64,000 bases of DNA, from positions 1,440,001 through 1,504,000 of the forward strand of contig CAVZSV010000004.1 of assembly GCA_963778115.1 (NCBI GenBank). Direction: 5' to 3'. A program made the translations under genes and the position numbers. The DNA comes from an uncultured delta proteobacterium (lineage in GTDB: Bacteria > Bdellovibrionota > FAC87 > UBA2466). The notes beneath the pieces were generated by a model. It ran no database searches, was not told where the DNA came from, and saw only the letters and a list, made by a program, of their open reading frames with translations. Below are positions 56,936 through 64,000 of the stretch, piece by piece. Numbering within the stretch: position 1 is the first letter of the stretch; each line of letters opens with the position of its first letter.

Positions 56936-58671
56936 TGTCCCGTCCTCGCCAATAGCAATTCTAAATTTCTTTTCGAAAGGTGCTTACACCGCTCCGGAGA
57001 TCGCTCAATTTGATCAATTAAGGCTTTTTCAAAAGGCGAGGTCGCGCCGGAAACATCTTCCATCTTTTTAGCTCGCCTCATGAGTAAAAGTGCAGTGTCG
57101 CACTCCCCGTGGGCCATTTCGTATTGGGCCATCTGAATTTCGTAAAAGTTCGCATCGCGGCGATCGGTCACCCACTTCATCATCGAAACAAAAGCCCCTT
57201 CGGCTTCTTCCACAGTGCCGTATTTTTTTTCGTAGTCCATCTCCCCTTTAGCTAAATCCCAGTCTACCGTGGCGAGCCCACGCCATCTTTCCCCTCGGCT
57301 ATGCGCTTCATCGAGAGCCCGGCGCGCCTCCTTCTGGATAGCAGGAGTATTGCCTTCCTCGGAAAGAGCGGCCTCATATAAGAGCCAGTTCGCATAGTAG
57401 TCCGGAGCCCGTTCAACCTCCGCCCGCGTAAAGCTAATGCGATCCAGACAGTCAAAGAGACGCGTCTCCAGACCGATAACGGAAAAGAACACGAAAACCC
57501 CGTAAACTGACCACCACAACGCACGCGGATACCGCGCATACCGATTCAATAGTTTCCATACGGCCAGTGCCAACAGCATCATCAAACCAATGGAAGCAAA
57601 ATACAGATAATGCTCGGATCCTACATTCGCATTGGGCACTATCAGATAAAGCCAATAGGCACCCGCTACGGCCCCCCAAGTGCGGGGCCAACCTTTCTTG
57701 CTTACGAGAAACAGAGACATCATCAGGGTGAGCACGACGATTGCCAGATGTGCAACGAGCGGAAAGGAATAACCAATATCCAGACGATAAACTAGGGGCG
57801 TTGCGGTGGGTGACGAAATGGAAAAAAACTTAAGAACCGATTCCAGAATCGCTCTTGAAGCGAGTCGAACTTGAACCACCAACGGAACCGCATTCGCGCC
57901 TACTGTATTTCGGTAGGTGTAGTGAATATCGTGCCCATCTCTCACAAGCATTTTGTAAAGAAGACTTGCCCAAATCACTTCAACTGCCAGCAACGGAGCG
58001 ACGAAGGACCTAACCGTTTTTTTAAGATCGAAACGATTTTCTGGAATACCGTAAAAAAGAATAAGAAGAGGTGGGAGGAGAACCGCGAAGACCTCCTTTG
58101 AGTATTGAGAGAGCCCCAAACAAAGAAAAATTGCGCCTAAGTAAGTAAAACGCCGAACGCCTCGAAAAGATCCGGCTGCTAAATACTGTGTCAGTAAAAG
58201 GGAAAGGCTCGCAAACAAAGCCGCTAAAATATCCCCCCGAAATTGGCCTATTTCGAGAGCTTCGGATAAAACCGGAAGTGTTAAAAAAGCAAATACGACT
58301 GCCAAATAAAAACCTTGAGGAACCTCCGTCTTAGTTCTTCGTCCCCATTGGAGAAGATTGGCATACCAAACGAGCCCCGTTAGCAGATGAAGCAGTAACG
58401 AAAGGACATGCTGCCCGTAAACCTGGCCGTGCGCCATCCAGTAACCGAAGGCCAAGAAGAAATTAGTTACCGGCTTACTTGGCTGCAAGACAAAGAAAAA
58501 ACAATCCACAAACCGCTTCACTTTACCTAAATCAGGATTGGTCAAAATAAAAGTTACGTCATCGAATAGAAAATCATGGCTAGCAAGCAGCGGAAAAAAC
58601 AAAAGCGCGGCGAGGCCAAAGACTAGAACAAGCGGGATACCACGCTTTATCTGTCGGGACGAAAGGTTCAT
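56932..58671 (-). CDS. TMTC-like GT-C glycosyltransferase with TPR-like C-terminus
   Basis: FLFDD...NP, KPVT, HVLSLLLH, EA...RGDIL, SKE, EHYLY; start set at ATG 58671. Confidence 0.72.
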   Translation of the reverse strand: MNLSSRQIKRGIPLVLVFGLAALLFFPLLASHDFLFDDVTFILTNPDLGKVKRFVDCFFFVLQPSKPVTNFFLAFGYWMAHGQVYGQHVLSLLLHLLTGLVWYANLLQWGRRTKTEVPQGFYLAVVFAFLTLPVLSEALEIGQFRGDILAALFASLSLLLTQYLAAGSFRGVRRFTYLGAIFLCLGLSQYSKEVFAVLLPPLLILFYGIPENRFDLKKTVRSFVAPLLAVEVIWASLLYKMLVRDGHDIHYTYRNTVGANAVPLVVQVRLASRAILESVLKFFSISSPTATPLVYRLDIGYSFPLVAHLAIVVLTLMMSLFLVSKKGWPRTWGAVAGAYWLYLIVPNANVGSEHYLYFASIGLMMLLALAVWKLLNRYARYPRALWWSVYGVFVFFSVIGLETRLFDCLDRISFTRAEVERAPDYYANWLLYEAALSEEGNTPAIQKEARRALDEAHSRGERWRGLATVDWDLAKGEMDYEKKYGTVEEAEGAFVSMMKWVTDRRDANFYEIQMAQYEMAHGECDTALLLMRRAKKMEDVSGATSPFEKALIDQIERSPERCKHLSKRNLELLLARTGQ

Positions 58672-58844
58672 GGTCGGCCTTTGCGAAGTAACGAAGAACC
58701 CCCCCATGGTAGCACAAAAGGGGGATGGCAAGAGCTTTCGCAATCCCGGGAGATAGCGCTTGGCGCCAAAACTTTTAAAAACGCAGGCAGAGATTCGTTC
58801 CTTGCCAGTACCGGCGCAGTTTGTTAAATAAATCACTCCATTAG

Positions 58845-58917
58845 GGGCCGGTAGCTCAGCTGGGAGAGCATCAGGCTGGCAGTCTGAGGGTCGTGGGTTC
58901 GATCCCCATCCGGTCCA
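58845..58917 (+). tRNA. tRNA-Ala (GGC), CCA not encoded
   Basis: Acceptor GGGCCGG/CCGGTCC with G3-U70, D-arm GCTC/GAGC, loop CTGGCAG, GTTCGA T-loop, discriminator A. Confidence 0.96.
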
Positions 58918-59098
58918 TTACCTTTCACCGAAGGCGAAAGGCTCGTTATTAATCTCAAGATCAAGATTAATCTTTAGCTAACCTAAATCCTCGAAGCGGA
59001 TTTAAGAAACCGGTATAGCCGGTCTATCGCTCTGATGTACCCGCCACCTTTTCGGCCGAAAAATGATTAAGACCCAAATGCGTATTCTCAATGAGATC

Positions 59099-59114
59099 GG
59101 GAACGTGTATTGCA
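59099..59114 (+). promoter_or_regulatory. sigma54 promoter
   Basis: GGGAAC-GTGTA-TTGCA, 13 nt upstream of ATG 59128. Confidence 0.6.
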
Positions 59115-59127
59115 TAACTATGCAAGC

Positions 59128-59718
59128 ATGAAATGGCGAGCCTTACCGATCCTAATAATTTGTCTCTTCTCTTTTCACCTGCGAGCAGATGAAGCATCGA
59201 GACCAGCCTCCCATGAAGAGGAGGAATTCTCCAGAGCGTCGGTTCGAACCCATCAATTTGGAAATGAAATGCTTTCCCTGCTCACCCAGTCGGATCGCGC
59301 GCAGATTCAGAAAGTGGAAGAAATTCGAAGCGCTGCTTGGAAAAAGGTTCAAAAAAAAATGGAAAGTGAGCCCGTAAAACCACACGATACCGAATATGAA
59401 GCTTACCAAAAGACCAAAGTCCAATCGATGAAAGTGATGCAGTCCGTTTATAGGGCGGCTCTGGAACGAGGGGGATACCATATTCGCGCGGAACGCTTAC
59501 ACGAAAGCGATTGTGAATACCATGCTCTTGTCGAACGCAACGGCCACTATTTCTTTCTAGAGGCTGACGCCTCTCTTTCGGCATGGGAGGTAGATCCTTC
59601 TGAGACTATTCTCGGCGCCGGATCGCCAAGCAGATTAGGCGCTGACTTCGATACTCACGGCCGGGGGCTTCCCCAACCGGAGCGACAACAGCCTTTAGAG
59701 GCAGGGGAAGTGAACTAG
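59128..59718 (+). CDS. Secreted hypothetical protein
   Basis: MKWRALPILIICLFSFHLRA signal peptide. Confidence 0.65.
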   Translation: MKWRALPILIICLFSFHLRADEASRPASHEEEEFSRASVRTHQFGNEMLSLLTQSDRAQIQKVEEIRSAAWKKVQKKMESEPVKPHDTEYEAYQKTKVQSMKVMQSVYRAALERGGYHIRAERLHESDCEYHALVERNGHYFFLEADASLSAWEVDPSETILGAGSPSRLGADFDTHGRGLPQPERQQPLEAGEVN

Positions 59719-59832
59719 AAAATATCTAAACTCCTCGCTTCGAAGCATACCTAAAGAGCACCGACGCCCCGTTTACCGATATCCCGCACGAGAACCAATA
59801 ACTCCCCCGTTAGTCCTAAACAAAACTGTCTA

Positions 59833-60546
59833 TTAGCTCGTAATCTCCCAGTCTATCGGAGCCTGCCCCATCTTCTCAAGCAACGCATTCGAGCGGCTAA
59901 AGGGACGGCTGCCGAAGAAACCATTGTGGGCGGATAGCGGAGACGGATGGGCTGACTCCAAAATCTTGTGACTTTTATTAGTGATCAACTTCTTCTTCGC
60001 CCTTGCATAAGCTCCCCAAAGGATAAAAATAACTGGTTCGGATCGCTCATTGAGAAGCGAAATAACTCGGTCGGTAAAACGCTCCCAACCCCGTTCTTTA
60101 TGGGAATAAGGCTGTCCCATGCGAACCGTCAAAACCGTGTTTAAAAGGAGCACACCTTGAGAAACCCAGTGGCTCAGCTCGGACTGAGTGAAGTCTACTT
60201 TCTTGCCAATATCGGTCTCAATCTCCTTAAAGATGTTAATCAAACTTGGGGGCTTTCGTTTAAGCGCGTTGGGTACGGCAAAACACCAGCCGACTGCCTG
60301 GCCTTCGCCGTGGTAGGGATCTTGACCTAAGATCACAACTCGAACGTCGTCGTAATCCACGGCTCGTAATGCTCTAAGCACCGCGCCCCGAGAAGGGAAA
60401 ATTTTGGCTTTGGATTGATACTCCGCTCGAAGAAAACTACTTAGCTTCTTAAAATAATCTTTCGAAGATTCCCCGGCGAGATGGCTCCGCCAACGGGGAG
60501 GAAGATTCTGCGGAAACCGGGGTGAAGAGAATTGGGTGTTTTGCAT
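59833..60546 (-). CDS. ung: Uracil-DNA glycosylase (family 1)
   Basis: GQDPYH, PPSL, GVLLLN, HPSPLS. Confidence 0.96.
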   Translation of the reverse strand: MQNTQFSSPRFPQNLPPRWRSHLAGESSKDYFKKLSSFLRAEYQSKAKIFPSRGAVLRALRAVDYDDVRVVILGQDPYHGEGQAVGWCFAVPNALKRKPPSLINIFKEIETDIGKKVDFTQSELSHWVSQGVLLLNTVLTVRMGQPYSHKERGWERFTDRVISLLNERSEPVIFILWGAYARAKKKLITNKSHKILESAHPSPLSAHNGFFGSRPFSRSNALLEKMGQAPIDWEITS

Positions 60547-60610
60547 CGCCTTATTTAGCTCGGAAATTTCAGGACTGTCAAAAGGGGGGCGGGAGTGAAG
60601 GAGAAGAATT

Positions 60611-61777
60611 TCACGCGGCTTCTTTTTGTCGATGTCCTACTGAAAACGCTTTCACCGCATCGATGACTCTCTGTTGAAGATCGTCGGTAAGCTCATTAAA
60701 AAAGGGAAGCCTTACTAACTGCTTGCTCGCCCTCTCGGCCACAGGACAGTCCCCAGCACGTCCCCCCCATTTTATCCCCATGGGCGAAGCGTTCAGCGCT
60801 TGGTAATGAAAAACACAACTTATCCGTTTCGACTTCATATGCTCGATAAAGCGGTCCCTCTCTAACCCACTTGGTAGAACGATGAAAAACATATGATACG
60901 AAGGTTCACACTTGGACGGAACGTGCGGTAACTGAACGTGGTTTAACACACTCCACGAGTGAAGCTCTTTGGCATACTTGGTCCAGATATCCATTCTCTT
61001 TTTTTGAATCGTTTGATGGCTTTCCAGTTGGGCTAGCAAAAACGCCGCCAGAAAATCAGAGGGCGAGAGGCTTAACCCCACATCGACCCAAGTATAGCTA
61101 TCCACTTCACCTTTCAGGAATTTCTCGCGATTGGTCCCTTTGTCGCGCAGGATCTCAGCCCCCTGCAACAGGCTTGCGTCATTGAGAATGAGCGCTCCCC
61201 CTTCGCCGCAGGAGACGTTCTTGGTCTCATGAAAGCTCAGGGCTGCTAGCCCCCCAAAACTTCCCAACGGCTTCGAATCATAGCTGCCAAAAAGACCGTG
61301 GGCGTTATCCTCGACGATGGCAATCTTATGGGCTCTGGCTACCTTTAGGATGCAATCCATCTCGGCACCTATTCCCCCATAGTGAACGGGAACGATAGCC
61401 TTAGTTTTCTTTGAGATCTTCTTTTCGAGCTGATGTTCATCAAGGTTGTAAGTATCCGGACGAACATCAACAAAGAGGGGTCTTGCCCCCCGAAGAACGA
61501 AGGCATTTGCGGTGGAGACATAAGTGAAAGCAGGAACGATAACTTCGTCTCCGGGTTTGATCCCTAGTAAGAGGGCCGCCGCTTCCAAAGCCTGGGTGCA
61601 AGACGTGGCTAGAATCGCTCGCTTGGCTAACATCTGCTTTTCCAAAAAGGCTTCACACCGCTTAGCAAAAGGTCCATTTCCTGCTAACCAGCCGTTTTGG
61701 ACTGCTTGCTGAAGGTAGTTGAGCTCTTTCCCTGAGAGCCACGGAGAATTGAACGGAATCCAATCCGGTAGCATCAA
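60611..61777 (-). CDS. wecE: dTDP-4-amino-4,6-dideoxygalactose transaminase
   Basis: IPFN, SCTQALE, SFHETKN, KGTNR..F..GEVDSYTW. Confidence 0.88.
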   Translation of the reverse strand: MMLPDWIPFNSPWLSGKELNYLQQAVQNGWLAGNGPFAKRCEAFLEKQMLAKRAILATSCTQALEAAALLLGIKPGDEVIVPAFTYVSTANAFVLRGARPLFVDVRPDTYNLDEHQLEKKISKKTKAIVPVHYGGIGAEMDCILKVARAHKIAIVEDNAHGLFGSYDSKPLGSFGGLAALSFHETKNVSCGEGGALILNDASLLQGAEILRDKGTNREKFLKGEVDSYTWVDVGLSLSPSDFLAAFLLAQLESHQTIQKKRMDIWTKYAKELHSWSVLNHVQLPHVPSKCEPSYHMFFIVLPSGLERDRFIEHMKSKRISCVFHYQALNASPMGIKWGGRAGDCPVAERASKQLVRLPFFNELTDDLQQRVIDAVKAFSVGHRQKEAA

Positions 61778-61974
61778 TCCCCCTTTTTTTGGAATGGGTA
61801 AGTGGAATGAAAGAAAACAGTTGCTAATATTTTAACATAAACCCAAATGACTAAACGTTCCAAAGGGGCAAATCCAAATTGCGTACAGCTATGGTATCAT
61901 TAGGGCGATTTCCCTTTTTACAACTAACTCCCAAGACTAAGTCATATAACGCCGAACTTTTCAGGAGAAGTCAC

Positions 61975-62454
61975 GTGCCCTCTGTAGCCCAAAAAGAGGA
62001 TCCCACTAATGACACTTGTGAACCCATTGAGCGAATCTTTTGCGGAGAGAAACTGGCAGCCGTAATTATTCGATCGTCACTCCCCAGGGAGGGATATAAT
62101 TTTGTCACCGAAAATGACCACTCCCTTCAAGTGGGAATTAATCATTACGAAAAAGGCTCTGAGATACAGCCCCACTACCATCTTCCGCTTCCCCGAGCAC
62201 TTACTGACACCCAAGAGTTTCTCCATATTGATTCCGGAAAATGCCTATTGACCCTTTTTGACGATCAGCAACTGGCCTTTTTTGAAACTTTGCTTATGCA
62301 CGGTGACTCCGTCGTCCTTATTTCGGGCGGCCATGGTCTAAAGCTTCTCGAACCCACTCGAATTATCGAAGTAAAGCAAGGTCCCTATTTAGGTCCCACC
62401 AAAGACAAAGCCATCTTTCAGGGTAAACCGAATGCAAACAAAATTACCCGTTAG
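61975..62454 (+). CDS. Cupin-fold protein of sugar-nucleotide loci
   Basis: IQPHYH, TQEFL, GGHG, EVKQGPY; AGGAG SD before GTG. Confidence 0.7.
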   Translation: MPSVAQKEDPTNDTCEPIERIFCGEKLAAVIIRSSLPREGYNFVTENDHSLQVGINHYEKGSEIQPHYHLPLPRALTDTQEFLHIDSGKCLLTLFDDQQLAFFETLLMHGDSVVLISGGHGLKLLEPTRIIEVKQGPYLGPTKDKAIFQGKPNANKITR

Positions 62455-63553
62455 TCGCCCGTTCTTCGCGGGCAATGAGGAGAGGTATGTTTCCCAGGCC
62501 CTCGCTTCCCGATGGATCTCTTCTTCCGGAGAATTTATTGAACGCTTCGAATCAAGCTTCTCAACATTTGTAGAATGCCGGGAAGGGGTCGCTTGCTCCA
62601 ATGGAACCTGTGCGGTGCATCTCGCGTTAGTATCTGCGGGAATCAAAGCCGGAGATAGAGTAGTGGTTCCTACCTTCACGATGATGGCGTCGATCTTTCC
62701 GATTGTCCAGCTAGGAGCCATTCCCGTTTTCGTCGACTGCGATAAAGAGACCTGGACGATGGATGCTTCGAAACTTTCCCTGATCGAAGGACCTGTTCAT
62801 GCCGTGCTCCCGGTCCATATTTACGGACATCCTTGCGATATGGATCCCATTCTAGAATGGGCCAAAGCTAGAAAAGCCATCGTAATCGAGGACGCCGCCG
62901 AAGCTCACGGCGCTACCTATAAAGGAAAGAAAGTCGGATCCCTGGGAGATCTCTCAGCGTTCTCTTTCTACGCAAATAAGATCATCACTTGCGGCGAAGG
63001 AGGAATGGTCACCACAAACCGAAAAGATTTAGCGGAACGAGCACGATACTTTAGAAATCTCTGTTTCGATCTGGATCCCAATAAGCGGTTTATCCATCAA
63101 GACGTTGGCTACAATTTTAGAATGACCAATGTGCAAGCCGCGATTGGACTCGCCCAAACGGAACACGCCACAGAGTTAGTCAAGCGACGCCAAGAGATGG
63201 CTCGCAAATACCAACAGCGGCTATCTATCCTGGAGAATAAGCTACAACTACCCGCTGAAAAGGATTGGGCAACGAATGTTTTCTGGATGTTTGGAGTAGT
63301 GCTTCGTCCAGAAACCGGATTGGATGCCGTAACCGTCAGTAGACGACTTAGAGAAGCCGGAGTCGAAACGCGACGTTTTTTCTGTCCGGCACATCTTCAG
63401 CCATCCTTGAAATCACTACTAGAGGAAGAGGCTATTTCCGCTCCCGTAAGCGAATCGCTCTGGGAGAGAGGATTTTATCTCCCCTCTTCTAGCGATCTCA
63501 GCGACGCTGAGGCTGACCATGTTTTTAATTCTTTGAAAAAAATATTAGAATAA
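62432..63553 (+). CDS. DegT/DnrJ/EryC1/StrS aminotransferase, perosamine synthase-like
   Basis: WISSSG, SNGT, EDAAEAHG, SFYANKIITCGEGG, GYNFRMTN. Confidence 0.9.
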   Translation: MQTKLPVSRPFFAGNEERYVSQALASRWISSSGEFIERFESSFSTFVECREGVACSNGTCAVHLALVSAGIKAGDRVVVPTFTMMASIFPIVQLGAIPVFVDCDKETWTMDASKLSLIEGPVHAVLPVHIYGHPCDMDPILEWAKARKAIVIEDAAEAHGATYKGKKVGSLGDLSAFSFYANKIITCGEGGMVTTNRKDLAERARYFRNLCFDLDPNKRFIHQDVGYNFRMTNVQAAIGLAQTEHATELVKRRQEMARKYQQRLSILENKLQLPAEKDWATNVFWMFGVVLRPETGLDAVTVSRRLREAGVETRRFFCPAHLQPSLKSLLEEEAISAPVSESLWERGFYLPSSSDLSDAEADHVFNSLKKILE

Positions 63554-63566
63554 AGGCTCGCAAACC

Positions 63567-64000
63567 CTAATTCTGCGTGCTCAAGAGTTTTTGGAAATCG
63601 GGAAGAACTTTTGAAAACTGATATTCATAATTTAATTCTGTGCGATAAAACTTTAATGCTTCCTTTTTCATCGCCTCGTTGTTAGCACCCTCTTCGATCG
63701 CCTTGCCAATGGATTGCACAATGCTCTCTACCGAATATTTATCGATATAATAGCCGACAGGGTAAGTTTCCAAAAAGGCTCTGGCGTCCGCCTGAGGGCC
63801 CAAAATGATGGGGACCCCCGAAGCTATAGACTCCATGCACTTATTGGAAGCGGTAGTCGCGAATTTCATTCGAAGTTCTTCGCTCCCATAGACGCAATAA
63901 CTAATATCGGCGTTTCTTAGCAAGCGCCATTTATCGGAGCGATACCCAATCATTAAAACGCGATCGCTCACCGATAGTGAATTTACTTTGTCTTTTAGCT
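63567..64000 (-). CDS. GT4-family glycosyltransferase, C-terminal part (begins outside the window)
   Basis: ADI...SNKCMESIASGVPII GT-B motif. Confidence 0.75.
   Translation of the reverse strand, partial: LKDKVNSLSVSDRVLMIGYRSDKWRLLRNADISYCVYGSEELRMKFATTASNKCMESIASGVPIILGPQADARAFLETYPVGYYIDKYSVESIVQSIGKAIEEGANNEAMKKEALKFYRTELNYEYQFSKVLPDFQKLLSTQN

Noticed and set aside
58845..59100. tRNA-Ala as integration site of a genomic island
   Set aside because: No duplicated tRNA 3' end or integrase seen in the window
1..64000. CRISPR array, cas genes, rRNA, prophage, integrase
   Set aside because: No regularly spaced repeats with unique spacers and no recognisable motifs for these genes

Overview
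Gene-dense bacterial chromosome segment. The PilA-type pilin, TPR-wHTH regulator, DUF222/HNH-like remnant and many secreted proteases and lipoproteins suggest a Bdellovibrionota/Oligoflexia-like organism (inference). Recognisable content: fluoride riboswitch with a CLC-F exporter, CzcCBA-type RND efflux, a heme A/Cu biogenesis operon (cupredoxin-like, ctaA, ctaB, ABC pair, SCO) with only a truncated CoxB-like remnant, mtnA-ECF-anti-sigma, two CNNM/CBS proteins, cinA, a protease cluster (CPBP, beta-barrel SppA, TPPII-like subtilase), a REC-GGDEF cyclase, a type IV pilin among glycosylation genes, tRNA-Ala(GGC), ung and sugar aminotransferases. Most notable: (1) at least two genes (pilin, cupredoxin-like) are bracketed by complementary 5' and 3' flanks that could close the CDS into an mRNA panhandle, with weaker cases at two more genes; (2) six GT-C-type glycosyltransferases (GT87 x2, GT22-like, PMT, TMTC-like, one unassigned), two DPM1-like GT2s and many Ser/Thr-rich secreted proteins; (3) six sigma54 promoters, all in front of orphan secreted proteins, one of them prion-like; (4) an ISL3/HNH-family chimeric relic with a short deletion derivative 23 kb away; (5) a spacerless 58-bp palindrome. 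All family calls come from motif recognition by eye; no database searches were run.
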